Below, piece by piece: positions 51,037 through 60,744 of a DNA stretch of 60,744 bases. Source of the stretch: Halobacteriales archaeon QS_9_67_17 (GTDB lineage: Archaea; Halobacteriota; Halobacteria; Halobacteriales; Haloarculaceae); assembly GCA_003023185.1 (NCBI GenBank), contig PXSB01000050.1, forward strand, positions 1-60,744, given 5' to 3'. A model generated the notes under the pieces. The model did not search any database, had not been told where the DNA came from, and worked only from the letters and a program-made list of their open reading frames with translations. The position numbers were made by a program, and so were the translations under genes. Within the stretch, counting starts at the first letter, position 1; each line of letters opens with the position of its first letter.

Positions 51037-51381
51037 ATGCTACTCGTGGTCACCTACTCGCGGGCGGCCCGAACGACGCTGCGGAACGTCTGTCGCGCGC
51101 ACGAGGAGAGCGTCGTCCGGCGGTTCGGCCGCGCGGCGCTGCTGGCGGCGACGGGCCACGGCGCGTTCCTCGCCTGTCGGCTCCGCGAACGCCATCCGGA
51201 CGCGGTGCAGGTCGAGCGCACCGCGCCGTTCAACGAGTTCACCGACGCGCCCGACGAGGTGCGCGAGGCCGCGGTCGCCTACGAGCGCGAGGCGACGAAA
51301 CACACTCCCTACGCTCGGTTCGCGACCGGCACGGACCACCCGGACCCCGACCGACTACGCGACCGACCGCTCGACGCGTGA
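51037..51381 (+). CDS. Uncharacterised haloarchaeal protein
   Basis: MLLVVTYS...; GTGA overlap with the next gene. Confidence 0.75.
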   Translation: MLLVVTYSRAARTTLRNVCRAHEESVVRRFGRAALLAATGHGAFLACRLRERHPDAVQVERTAPFNEFTDAPDEVREAAVAYEREATKHTPYARFATGTDHPDPDRLRDRPLDA

Positions 51382-52175
51382 GGCTCCGGCTCGACGGGAT
51401 GGACCGGTGGGGCAGGGCGGTCGACTGCCGCGACGCGGCGCTCGACCCCGCTCGCGTGCTCAGGGCCGTCCGCGACCCCCACGACGACCGGGTGCGGTGT
51501 CCACGCGCCGCGCCGGTCCACGACCACGTCGGCTTCGTCGCCGCGGACGCGGCCCTGAACCGACGAGCGGCGGCGGCAGCCGTCGCACGCTCGCGCGGAC
51601 TGCGCGCACCCGAAGCGGACGACCTCGCGGCGGCGCGGAAGAAACTGGCCGCAATCGAGGCGACGACGACCGACCTCCGGCCCGTCCGCGAGCAGGCGGC
51701 AGCGACGGCCGGCGAGCGCGAGCGGCTTCGAGAGCGGGTCGCACGGCTCCGCGGCGAGGTACAGGCCCGACGCGAGGCCGGGCTCGACGCCGAGGAGACG
51801 ACCGAACGGTTTCGGGCGGCGGCGCGCGAACTGTCCGAGGCAGCGACGGCGGAGGCGGCCGCGACCGAGCGTCTCGACCGCGAGCGGGGGCGGGTTCGCG
51901 ACCGGTACGACGTTCGCGAGCGTCGGCTGGCGCTGGAAGACGAGATCGGCAATCTCGAACGCGCGGCGCGAGCGTCGCTGGCGGACGCCGTCCGACCGCG
52001 CATCGAGCAGGCGCTCGACGCGCTCGGTGCCGACCCCGACGACCCACCGACCCACCTGTGGACACTCGCGGCCGCGCGGGTCGCCGTCGTCGCCGCGCCG
52101 GTGGTGGTGACGGCAGGCCCCTTCGACGCGAGCGAGGCGGCCCGGTGGCTCGACGCGCCGGTCGTCCAGCTGTAG
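51378..52175 (+). CDS. Coiled-coil protein
   Basis: Long Ala/Arg/Glu heptad region between globular ends. Confidence 0.75.
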   Translation: MRLRLDGMDRWGRAVDCRDAALDPARVLRAVRDPHDDRVRCPRAAPVHDHVGFVAADAALNRRAAAAAVARSRGLRAPEADDLAAARKKLAAIEATTTDLRPVREQAAATAGERERLRERVARLRGEVQARREAGLDAEETTERFRAAARELSEAATAEAAATERLDRERGRVRDRYDVRERRLALEDEIGNLERAARASLADAVRPRIEQALDALGADPDDPPTHLWTLAAARVAVVAAPVVVTAGPFDASEAARWLDAPVVQL

Positions 52176-52205
52176 TTTTTGTAGGAGGCCGCGGCCACGG
52201 ACGGC

Positions 52206-52796
52206 ATGGTGACGCTCACGACACGCACCCGTCGGGAGCGCGGCGTCACGCTCGTCGCCTGTCGACTGCGCAACGACGCGCCGGAGCCGCGGGTCGCACG
52301 CGTCGCGAGTCAAATGGAGCCGCCCGGGACTGCGCCGCCGCGACACGCAGGCGAGGACGCGACCCTGCGGGTGACTGTTCCTGGGAACGCGGTCGTCGGG
52401 ACGGGATTCGCGACGCCTGCCGAACCGTCCGAGCCATCGGCGCGGCTGATCGAGACGGAGCGACCGACCGAGGAGCCGGGCGACGCCGCTGTCGTCGCGG
52501 GGTTGTCCGACCCGCGGCCGCCGTCGACCGAGGACGGTTCGCTCGCGCTGGAGGCACGATTCGCCGACAGCGAGGCGCGCATCGAGCGGTTGGCGGCGGT
52601 CGCGGCGGCGACGACGGTGCCGGCGGCCACGCGAGCGCTCGACGACGAGGGAGGGCTGGCGGCCGTCGAAGCGTTGAACGAGCAGGTGGCGAAGGACCGG
52701 GAGCGGCTTCTAGCTGTCGCGGATCGGGCGCTGACACTGGCCGGGCGAGCCGAGGCCGCCGAGCCGCCGATGGATGCGCTGGAGCGGCTGTCGTGA
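52206..52796 (+). CDS. Uncharacterised protein (beta-rich N-terminus, helical C-terminus)
   Basis: GVTLVACRLRN; GTGA overlap with the MinD gene. Confidence 0.7.
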   Translation: MVTLTTRTRRERGVTLVACRLRNDAPEPRVARVASQMEPPGTAPPRHAGEDATLRVTVPGNAVVGTGFATPAEPSEPSARLIETERPTEEPGDAAVVAGLSDPRPPSTEDGSLALEARFADSEARIERLAAVAAATTVPAATRALDDEGGLAAVEALNEQVAKDRERLLAVADRALTLAGRAEAAEPPMDALERLS

Positions 52797-53452
52797 TACT
52801 CGCCGTCATCGGCGGGAAAGGCGGCGTCGGGAAGTCGACGGTCGCGTTCGAACTGGCGGCGGCACTCGACGCGGTGTGTGTCGACGCCGACCTTGGGATG
52901 GCGGACCTCCCGGCGCGACGCGGGCCGGATCTCCACGACGTGCTCGCCGGTCGCGCAACGCCGATAGAAGCGGTCGACGAGTCCGGACCCGTCGACCTGC
53001 TCCCGTGCGGGCGGACGCTCGCCGGGGCGCGGGGCTGTGAGCCGACGGCACTCTCGGAGGTGCTGGAGAGGGTCGCGGCGGAATACGACCGCGCTGTCGT
53101 CGACTGTCCCGCGGGCCTCGGGCGAGATTCGGGCGCGGCGCTGGCGGCCGCCGACGCGTGTCTCGTCGTCACGACCCGCGAGCGGGCGGCGCTGTCGGAC
53201 GCGCTCCGGGCCCGCGAACTGGCGCGGACGCTCGATGCCGGACTCGTCGCAGTCGTCGTCAACTTCGCGTCCGATCCGGGAGATGTGCGAGAAAGATTCG
53301 GCGCGCCGGCGGTCGCGCTGCCGGAATCAGTGGCGATAGCGCGCGCAGCGCGACACGGGCTCACGCTCGGCGAGATCGCACCCGACGGTGCGGTGACGGC
53401 GCGAATCGACGAGTTGGCGACGCTCGTTCAGCGGTCGGTTAGCTCTGTGTAG
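52793..53452 (+). CDS. MinD/ParA family ATPase
   Basis: Deviant Walker A GGKGGVGKST, VDADLGMA and VVDCPAG. Confidence 0.9.
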   Translation: MILAVIGGKGGVGKSTVAFELAAALDAVCVDADLGMADLPARRGPDLHDVLAGRATPIEAVDESGPVDLLPCGRTLAGARGCEPTALSEVLERVAAEYDRAVVDCPAGLGRDSGAALAAADACLVVTTRERAALSDALRARELARTLDAGLVAVVVNFASDPGDVRERFGAPAVALPESVAIARAARHGLTLGEIAPDGAVTARIDELATLVQRSVSSV

Positions 53453-54291
53453 GTTGCCCGGAGCGTTACGGGCGTCACGTCTGCGACGGCGGCGGCACGC
53501 TTCTGTGTGAGCGTCTCACCCGTCTCGTCGGCGGCGGTGTAGAGACACGCCGCGGCGACGCCCGCAGGGTTGCGTCCGACGGTGAGTCCCTCCTCGTCCG
53601 CGCGCTCGGTGAGTTCGCGAGCGCGCGTCTCGACGGCCCGCGGAAGGTCGAGTTCCGAGGCAAACCGGGCGAGATACTCCTCCGGGTGGACCGGCCCCGT
53701 GGGGAGTCCGAGTTCGCGGTTGAGCGCGTCGTACGCGGTGCGGAGTTCGGCGGGCGTCGCCTTCGCGCGGTCGGCGACCTCCTCGACGGTGCGGGCGACA
53801 TCGTTGACCCGACAGGTGGCGTACACCGTCGCCGCGGCGAACCCCTCCAGCGACCGCCCTCGCAGCAGGTCCGCCTCCTGTGCGGAGTCGAACAGGACGC
53901 AGGCCTGCTCGCGGATCGGCTCGCCGAGTTCGAGGTCGGCGACCAGCCGCCGGATCTCGGTGAACGAGTACACCTGATTCCGGTCGCGCTTGGTGCCGAT
54001 GCGAGCGCGCTTGTGCTGTCGCCGCATCCGGTTCACGCGGCGGCGTTTCCGCCCCTTCAGTCGGGTCGAGCGGCCGATCTCCGTCGAGAGGCCGCGGTCG
54101 TGACGCGAACGGGTCAACGGTGCGCCCGTCCGTTTGGGGTTCCGGTCGTCGTCCTCGAAGGAGCGCCACTCCGGCCCGCGGTCGATGGCGTCCTCGCCTA
54201 CGACGAGGCCACAGCGCCGGCAGATTCGCTCGGTTCCTTCAGTGGTCACGCTTCCGTCACACTCCGGGCACGTCGTCTGCGTCGTGCTCAT
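53428..54291 (-). CDS. tfb: Transcription initiation factor IIB paralog
   Basis: Zn ribbon CPEC..CRRCG, IDRGPEWR, HDRGLST, GRS and two cyclin repeats. Confidence 0.95.
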   Translation of the reverse strand: MSTTQTTCPECDGSVTTEGTERICRRCGLVVGEDAIDRGPEWRSFEDDDRNPKRTGAPLTRSRHDRGLSTEIGRSTRLKGRKRRRVNRMRRQHKRARIGTKRDRNQVYSFTEIRRLVADLELGEPIREQACVLFDSAQEADLLRGRSLEGFAAATVYATCRVNDVARTVEEVADRAKATPAELRTAYDALNRELGLPTGPVHPEEYLARFASELDLPRAVETRARELTERADEEGLTVGRNPAGVAAACLYTAADETGETLTQKRAAAVADVTPVTLRATYTELTDR

Positions 54292-54402
54292 ACCTGAAAC
54301 TCGGTCGCGAAAGGGGTTAAAAACGAAGTCGGATCGGATGGAAACAACTCCCGATTCGCCGAGACTACCCACCGGTCACCGGTAAGTTTGGTCGTGGTTT
54401 TC

Positions 54403-54620
54403 AACGATGTTCAGATAATGGGGTCGTTGCCCGACTGTGCGACTGCGGTGGGTGGGACTGAAAGGGGCCGGGGGCTGCGGGAAGTCCGACGACGCAAGGA
54501 CCGCACCGTGAGCGAAGCGAGCGGGAGGACCGCAGCGAGGCGCGCGACCGCAGCCCCCGGGGGCTTTCTACACTTCTTTCCCATCATTACCTTTCGAGTC
54601 ACTCTTGCCCGAACACTGTC
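54403..54620 (-). mobile_element. MITE copy 7
   Basis: Ends AACGATGTTCAGATAA / CTTGCCCGAACACTGTC; TSD GTGGTTTTC / GTAGTTTTC; full core. Confidence 0.88.
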
Positions 54621-54669
54621 GTAGTTTTCGGGGCAAAATTATTTAATAAATCGCGAATACACATTTAGT

Positions 54670-55164
54670 GTGAGTCTCGACGACATCGCCGCCGGGGTGG
54701 AGGTGACCACTGAGCAGCGCGAGCGCGGCGTGGCCGTCCGCGACGAGGTGGACGCGCCGCTGGCCGAGCGACTCGCCCCGTTCGCGGACGAGTTTCCGTG
54801 TACGTCCGCGGCCGCGGCGACGGTCGTCGACGCCTACGCTGGGGGCGCGAGCGTCGGCGAGGCGGCGCGCGCCGCGAACGTCGCCTCCGTCACGGCCGCG
54901 AAGACGCTCCACCGGCTCGGCGAGGACGTGTCACCCCTTGCCCCGACGGGCCGCGAGATAGTCCGCGACTGGCTGAACGCGCGGCTCTCGCGCGCGGAGG
55001 CGAAGGAGCTGACCGGGACGGACGACGACGAGTTCGCGCTCGCAGTATATGTCGAAACGCACGACCCCATCCCGAGCGCCGAGGAGGCGCTGGCCGGCGC
55101 GCTCGCCGTCGACCGCGACGACCCGCTCGCGGACGCCCGCTCCGATCTGGGCGACCTGTTATAG
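54670..55164 (+). CDS. Uncharacterised HTH-like protein
   Basis: G.SVGEAARAANVASVTAAKTLHRLG HTH-like segment; TTTAATA about 25 nt upstream. Confidence 0.75.
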   Translation: MSLDDIAAGVEVTTEQRERGVAVRDEVDAPLAERLAPFADEFPCTSAAAATVVDAYAGGASVGEAARAANVASVTAAKTLHRLGEDVSPLAPTGREIVRDWLNARLSRAEAKELTGTDDDEFALAVYVETHDPIPSAEEALAGALAVDRDDPLADARSDLGDLL

Positions 55165-55762
55165 CGGGAGCAGGCCGTCGTCGAACGACCGCTCGATACT
55201 CACGTCGAAGACCGTCTCCGCGACGCTTGCGACGCCGGCCGTGAACGGGCCGTCACCGGCGTCTGCGACCGGCGTGTCATCGGCGCGGGTGTCGTCCCTC
55301 GGGACCGTGACATCGGCGAAGTCGGCGTCGTCCGTCCGTGTTGCGACGACCACATCCACCTCGGTGGTTCGCCGCGACTGGCGGCACATCGAGCAGGACG
55401 GCGTCGGCCCGCTCGCGGGCACTCGCGACCAGCGACGCGAGGCGCTGTGCCGTCTCCGGCGTCTTCGCGTGTGCCACCCGCTCGAAGGGGGCGCGTGCCG
55501 GCACACACTCGGCGGTGCCCGAGCCGGCCGTCGCAACCTCGTAACAGCCCTCGGCGAGCGGGCGTTGCTCGGTGACGAGCCGGGTCACGTCAGTGTCGAT
55601 GCGTCCCTCGACGTGGCCGGCGAGTCCCTGCGTCGCGTACGCGGCGTCGAGCACGAGCGCGTCATCGCCCTCGCTCGCGAGCAGCGCCGCCGCTTCGAGA
55701 CAGAGCCGGGTCGTTCCAGCGCCGCCGGTCGCGCCGACGAACGCCGCCGTCGGTGTCGTCAT
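55159..55762 (-). pseudogene. ParA/MinD-like protein with degenerate P-loop, frameshifted near 55365
   Basis: VGATGGAGTT, LDAAYATQGL and LLDVPP; the C-terminus is in another frame. Confidence 0.7.
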
Positions 55763-55915
55763 AGTCAGTTTGTCCCCGTTACACCTGAAAAGCATTCGCC
55801 TCGGTGTTTTTGTACTACTTGAGAATCTGTATTAACAATCCTGTCCATGGATTTATATGAGCGCCGTGGCCCACAGGTATTGTTCCACGGTCACACGACC
55901 CGTGGCAGATTCATC

Positions 55916-57199
55916 ATGACAGACGGACACGACCACGACTGCGGCTGTGACGATGAAACGCTGACGCGCCGCGCGTTCGCGGGCGGGTGTGGCGCGACGC
56001 TCGCGTTCGCGCTGGCGGGCACGACCCCAGAGGCCGTCGCCGGGGCGAACGCCGACACCAACATGGAGGAACTCCTCGGCGACAAGCCGACCGACTGGGA
56101 CCGATTCGGCAAAGACGACGAACTCGGGCGACTCAACCTCCTCGGCAGTGAGGAGGCCTTCGCGGGAATGCGCGCGGCGACGCGGTCGGGCGCGAAAGGA
56201 ATCCAGCGGTTCAGCCTCCAGTTGTCCCAGACCGGCGAGGTGATCGAGTCGACGACGGATACGGGCGACCCGGCGTTCCCGCCGCGGACCCCCGCACGCC
56301 GCGACAACACGACCCCCGTCGAACCCGACTCGCTCGCCGGCGGCATGAAGTTCGTCGACGACAAGTTCGCCGCCGACGCCTTCCTGCAGGGGACGACCCA
56401 CGTCGACGCGCTCGGCCACGCGTGGTACGGCGAGCGGATATACAACGGTTTCTCCGCCCGGACGACGGAGGCGGTCAAGGAGTTCGACACCGGACTGCTC
56501 GGAACGCAGGACGACGACGCGCTCCAAGAGACGGACAACGACGACGAACTCGAACCCGTCGAAACGACCCGCGGGCTCTCAAAAGCGGGCATCGGAAACG
56601 TCGGCGACAGCGGCGTCGCCGGCCGCGCCGTCCTGCTCGACGTGGGCCGCGCGCTCGATTCGGTGAGCGACGACGAGGGCCGACTCCCGCTCGGCTACGG
56701 GATAACCTACGAGGACCTGATGGAGACGGCCGACGCACAGGGCACACAGATCCGCGACCGGGACATCCTGCTCGTCCGGACCGGCGCCGTCGAGCGAACC
56801 CGCGACCCCGACGCGGAGTGGAAGCCGCTCGACGAACCCGGCATCGTCTACAGCGACGACCTCTACGAGTTCGTCTACGAGCGCGACATCCCGTATATCG
56901 GCGCGGACAATCTGGCCGTCGAGAAGGTCGTCCAGCAGATCGACGCCACGGGCGACGGCGACTCGGAAACGTTCATTATCCCGCTCCACGGCGCGTTCCT
57001 CCGCGATATGGGCGTCCAACTCAACGAGATTCTCGACCTGCGGGAGCTGAGCGCGGCCTGTGCCGAGGACGGCATCTACGAGTTCCTCTTTACCGCCGCG
57101 CCGCTGAACATCGAACGAGCCACCGGGTCACCGGTGAATCCGCTCGTCCTGAAGGCGACTAGGAAGGGCGACGACGGCGAAGAGCGGGGCGAGGACTGA
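55916..57199 (+). CDS. Cyclase (kynurenine formamidase-like) family metallohydrolase with Tat signal
   Basis: TRRAF signal, DELGRLN, THVDALGH, GRAVLLD, LVRTG, GADN and GSPVNP. Confidence 0.88.
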   Translation: MTDGHDHDCGCDDETLTRRAFAGGCGATLAFALAGTTPEAVAGANADTNMEELLGDKPTDWDRFGKDDELGRLNLLGSEEAFAGMRAATRSGAKGIQRFSLQLSQTGEVIESTTDTGDPAFPPRTPARRDNTTPVEPDSLAGGMKFVDDKFAADAFLQGTTHVDALGHAWYGERIYNGFSARTTEAVKEFDTGLLGTQDDDALQETDNDDELEPVETTRGLSKAGIGNVGDSGVAGRAVLLDVGRALDSVSDDEGRLPLGYGITYEDLMETADAQGTQIRDRDILLVRTGAVERTRDPDAEWKPLDEPGIVYSDDLYEFVYERDIPYIGADNLAVEKVVQQIDATGDGDSETFIIPLHGAFLRDMGVQLNEILDLRELSAACAEDGIYEFLFTAAPLNIERATGSPVNPLVLKATRKGDDGEERGED

Positions 57200-57228
57200 C
57201 AACGGCTCTCCTCATCGCCCACCGCGCG

Positions 57229-57663
57229 TCAGACCCGGTCCGAGATGGCGGCCACCACCTCGTCAAGTTCGTCGTCCGAGGGGTCCGGCGGCGTGCCGGC
57301 GACGGCGTGAACGGGGTTGCCGTCGTCGTCCTCGAACCGCGGGATGATGTGGCCGTGGACGTGAGGGATCTCTTGGCCGGCCGCGGGGCCGTTGTTGAAC
57401 GCGACGTTGGAGGCGTCCGCGCCGACGGCCGCCTCCACGACCCCCACGAGCTCGTGGAGCGTCTCGTAAAGCGCGTGGGCCGAGGGACCGTCTAGTTCTT
57501 GGAGATGCTGGTAGTGTGCCTTCGGGACGACGAGCGTGTGGCCGCGCGCGAGGGGGTTCGCGTCGAGGAACGCGAGCGCGCCGTCGGTCTCGTGGACGGT
57601 TCTGGACGGTATCTCGCCGTCGACGATGCGACAGAAGATGCAGTCGGTGTCTGAGTCGGCCAT
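57229..57663 (-). CDS. hit: HIT family protein
   Basis: DCIFCRI, AFLD.NP..GHTLVVPK and QEIPHVHGHIIPR. Confidence 0.95.
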   Translation of the reverse strand: MADSDTDCIFCRIVDGEIPSRTVHETDGALAFLDANPLARGHTLVVPKAHYQHLQELDGPSAHALYETLHELVGVVEAAVGADASNVAFNNGPAAGQEIPHVHGHIIPRFEDDDGNPVHAVAGTPPDPSDDELDEVVAAISDRV

Positions 57664-57725
57664 CTTAGTTCTACCTGATACCACGGTTGGCCTGCAGTCG
57701 TCAAGTCCGTTTCCCCGGTCAGGAT

Positions 57726-57940
57726 GGTAGTGTTCGGATAAGACCAACTGAACCGCTACAGCTAGTATGACGAGCTTGGAAGCCCCCGGCGGCTCGACTC
57801 CCGGGCCTCGCTGCGGTCCTCGTCGTTCGCTCCGCTCACTCCTGTGGTCCTTGCGTCGGCCGGGGTCGCCGAGCCGGCGGCCCCTTCCAGTCCCACCCCG
57901 AGCGGTTCTTTCGCCTGCAATCGCGTAACCAGATACGACC
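57726..57940 (+). mobile_element. MITE copy 8 (variant subfamily, like copy 3)
   Basis: Left end GGTAGTGTTCGGATAAG; core GGAAGCCCCCGG...CCCCTTCCAGTCCCACCC; degenerate right end. Confidence 0.8.
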
Positions 57941-58006
57941 GCCGCGACCACCAAGCACACACCCCGCTCGCCAGATACAACACGGACCCATCCGCACGAG
58001 CCACGT

Positions 58007-59238
58007 GTGAACCCCTCGCGTCGTCGCGTACTCATGTGGACGCTGCTCGCGGCTGGCTTTCTGCTGGTGAACTTCTACCGGACTGCGACCGCGGTGCTCG
58101 CCGACAGCCTCGCTCAGACGTTTGACGCCAACGCCGCCGGACTCGGTTTCCTCCACGCCTCCTTCTTTTACATCTACGCCGCGCTCCAGCTGCCGGCGGG
58201 GCTGGCGGTCGACCGGTACGGGACCCGGCGGGTCGCGACCGCCGGGCTCGGGGTGATGACCGTCGGGACCGCCGGGTTCGCGGTGGCGGGGACGTTCACG
58301 GCCGCGGCGGCCACGCGGGCAATCGTCGGACTTGGCGGGAGCGTACTGTACGTCGCGACGCTGCGCTTCTGTGCCGCGTGGTTCCGCGCGGAGGCGTACG
58401 CGACGATGACGGGCTTTACCATCGCCGCGGCGGGGATCGGCGGCATTCTCGCGACCACGCCGCTCGCGCTCGCCATCGAGACGGTCGGCTGGCGGACGGC
58501 ACTGCTGGGCATCGCCGTCGTGGGGGGCACCATCGCCGTCGGGATCGGCCTGTTCGTCCGGGACCGTCCGCCGGTGACACTCGCCGACCGGTCGGAGCCG
58601 ACGACGGACGGCGGCGACACGGCACCGCCGACACTCGCCGAGGTGGTCGCGAACACGCGACACGTGCTCGGCGAACCAGAGACGTGGCTGATGGGGCTGC
58701 TGTTGTTCTTCGTGTTCGGCGGGAACTTCGCGGTGCTCGGCCTGTGGGGGGTCCCGTTTCTGGTCGACGTGTACGGCATCTCCGTCGCGGCCGCCTCGAC
58801 GTACGTCCTGCTCGGCAACGTCGGCTTCGTGGTCGGGTCGCCGGCGTTCGGCGCGCTCTCGGACCGACTGGAGCGGCGAACGAGCCTCATCGTCGCGGCC
58901 GCACTCGCCTTCACTGCGGCGCAGGCGCTCCTCATCGCCGCGCCGCCACTCCCAGTCGTCGGCGCCGCGCTCTTCCTCGCGCTGTTCGCCAACGGCGGAG
59001 TCGCGCTCGCCTTCACCGTCGCGAAGGAGCGCCATCGGCCGGCCGTCGGCGGCACCGTCACCGGCGTCGTCAACAGCATCGGCTACTTCGGGGCGGCCGT
59101 CCTCCCCGCCGCGATGGGGTACGTGCTCGACAGCTACTGGACGGGGGAGGTCATCAGCGGGGCGGCCTCGCCGGCACGCTGTGTGCCGTCGCGCTCCACT
59201 ACCGCGAGTCGAGACAGTCGGCCAGCGTCTCGACGTAG
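58007..59238 (+). pseudogene. MFS transporter with a deletion/frameshift near 59163
   Basis: GLAVDRYGTRR and GALSDRLERR motifs; the last TM is partly missing and the tail GLAGTLCAVAL is in another frame. Confidence 0.75.
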
Positions 59239-59813
59239 CTCGCCCGCGTGTAACCGAGCCGCGACAGCCACACCTCCTGATAGCTCGGATGCAGGAGGGG
59301 AACGACGGTCCCGAGATCCGTCTCTACCGGCTCCAGCACGGCGTCGAGAAAGCCGTCCAGCTCGCGGTCGGCGAGCGCGAGGATCGACTGCGTGGCGTGT
59401 TTGCCGGTCGGGAGCAGCACCGCCGGGTCGACCGTCTCGACCTCTCGCTGGAGCCACGACCGGCAGTTCGCTCGCTCTTCGCCGGTCGGGTCGCGGTTGT
59501 CCGGCGGGTGGCACTTCACCGCGTTCGTGTAGTAGGCGTCACCGGCGTAGCCGGCGTCCGCGACGAGGGCGCGCACCTTTCGCCCGGAGGCGCGGGACGT
59601 GTACGCCGCGCCGGTGTGGTTGCCACCTCGCCAGCGGTCGGCCTCCGGGTCGCCTGCGGCCGGCGCTTCGCCGACGACGAACAGGCTCGCGTCCGTCGGG
59701 CCGTTTCCCCACGAGATACGCGTCCGGGCGGCACACAGCGCGGGGCACTCCCGGCAGTCGTCGGCCAGCGGCTGCTGTTCGGCGGCCGGATACGACACCT
59801 CGCTCGGCTTCAC
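59199..59813 (-). CDS. Uracil-DNA glycosylase (family 4/5-like, Fe-S)
   Basis: CRECPAL, VGEAP, TNAVKCHP..NRDP...C and LHPS motifs. Confidence 0.9.
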   Translation of the reverse strand: MKPSEVSYPAAEQQPLADDCRECPALCAARTRISWGNGPTDASLFVVGEAPAAGDPEADRWRGGNHTGAAYTSRASGRKVRALVADAGYAGDAYYTNAVKCHPPDNRDPTGEERANCRSWLQREVETVDPAVLLPTGKHATQSILALADRELDGFLDAVLEPVETDLGTVVPLLHPSYQEVWLSRLGYTRASYVETLADCLDSR

Positions 59814-60247
59814 TCCCCGGCCGGCTCCGTCGATGCGTCCGGCTCCTCGGCCACCGTGTAGGAGGGGAGCGGCACGAGCGTCACCGGCCGGTCGACCCGC
59901 TTGATCAGTGACTGCGAGACGCTACCGGAGATGATCCGCTCCGTCCGGGAGTGCTGTCGCAGTCCCGTCACGAGTCGGTCGGCGCCGACGTTCTCGGCGA
60001 CTGCTGTCATCTCCTCGGCCGGGCTCCGCCCGCGATTGAGCTGTCGGCATCGGAGATCGGCGTCGACCTCGAACGCGGCCTCGAATCTCGTCAGCGCCGC
60101 CTCGCCCGCCTCCGCGACATCAACATCGCTGTTCGTGAGCACGTTGACGACCTCGACACTGTCGGACGGGTCGGCCACCCCGCTCAGGAACTCCGCGATA
60201 GTCGCACTCGCCTCCTCGCCGTCCGTGCCGACAAGGTACGTTACCAT
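59810..60247 (-). CDS. Universal stress protein
   Basis: YLVGTDG, SGSVSQ.LI and RPVTLVP. Confidence 0.85.
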   Translation of the reverse strand: MVTYLVGTDGEEASATIAEFLSGVADPSDSVEVVNVLTNSDVDVAEAGEAALTRFEAAFEVDADLRCRQLNRGRSPAEEMTAVAENVGADRLVTGLRQHSRTERIISGSVSQSLIKRVDRPVTLVPLPSYTVAEEPDASTEPAGE

Positions 60248-60385
60248 GTGTCGCGCTTCGACCGCGGGGGCAAAAACTACCCGGGGTTCGGTGTCGGCAG
60301 GTGCGTTACGGCCATGTACCGTCGACGCGTCGTGTCAGGCGCGGCGCGGCCGACGCGAAACGCACTTCTACGGCTCCCGGCAAGC

Positions 60386-60634
60386 ATGCGTGTGTCGAAC
60401 CTCACGCTCGACGTAGTCGGCGACGCAGGTAGTCTCCTGTTCGATCTGTTCGTCGCGGTCGCGTTCACCGCCGTCGGACTGGAAGCCGAGCTGTACGGGC
60501 TCCAGACGTTCGATGGGAACGTGGCGCTGGCGGCGTGGACGAGTTATATGGGCGCTCTCGCGCTGTACGCGGGGCTGGTCGTCTTCGGCGGGGAGCGACT
60601 CCTGCCGCGGCTCCGGTCGCTGTCTGCGGTGTAG
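60386..60634 (+). CDS. Small two-TM hypothetical protein
   Basis: Hydrophobic ORF with host-like codon usage. Confidence 0.6.
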   Translation: MRVSNLTLDVVGDAGSLLFDLFVAVAFTAVGLEAELYGLQTFDGNVALAAWTSYMGALALYAGLVVFGGERLLPRLRSLSAV

Positions 60635-60686
60635 CCGAATCTGCGAGACCGAGCCGACTTTTAGTGCCGGGACACCACCCCCCTGT

Positions 60687-60744
60687 ATGGATCGTTTCGC
60701 CGAGGTCTCCGACCAGTACGACCCGGACGACGTGGAGCCGGGCG
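60687..60744 (+). CDS. 5' fragment, possibly isoleucyl-tRNA synthetase
   Basis: MDRFAEVSDQYDPDDVE resembles haloarchaeal IleRS N-termini; only 19 codons are visible. Confidence 0.35.
   Translation, partial: MDRFAEVSDQYDPDDVEPG

Noticed and set aside
51037-51381. Cas2/VapD identity suggested by the MLLVVTY N-terminus
   Set aside because: It lacks the catalytic Asp after Tyr and the Q.SVF motif, and there is no CRISPR context; resemblance of fold only is untested.
50639-53452. 937-aa ORF
   Set aside because: An Arg/Pro-rich shadow frame; only the last 219 codons (from GTG 52793) encode MinD.

Overview
High-GC haloarchaeal (Halobacteria) chromosomal window, judged from acidic proteins, TFB, Tat/PGF-CTERM signals and CPxCG micro-proteins. 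It holds about 55 genes: crcB, cobQ/cbiP, an S9 peptidase, two ADHs, a KaiC-like ATPase with a LOV sensor kinase, AOR, two M32 carboxypeptidases, a liv-type ABC operon, FAU-1, uvrA, a MinD/ParA-TFB cluster, a cyclase, HIT and UDG, plus tRNA-Ser(CGA). The most notable signals are as follows. (1) Eight copies of a mostly 210-230 bp MITE-like element with about 17-bp TIRs (consensus GGYAGTGTTCRGATAAG), 8-9 bp target-site duplications visible at four copies, and an internal hairpin whose stems covary between copies. (2) A roughly 240-nt potentially pseudoknotted non-coding region upstream of an RsmC-like methyltransferase. (3) A degenerate FtsZ-like protein that keeps the T7 loop, has lost the GTP-binding loop and carries a Zn ribbon. 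(4) An uncharacterised operon with a coiled-coil protein and MinD, next to TFB and a P-loop-degenerate ParA. (5) A toxin-antitoxin plus methyltransferase islet flanked by a duplication of a host gene 3' end. (6) An IS200/IS605-type right-end remnant. (7) About nine intragenic deletion lesions, which may be real decay or assembly error. All family assignments come from motif recognition, not database searches.
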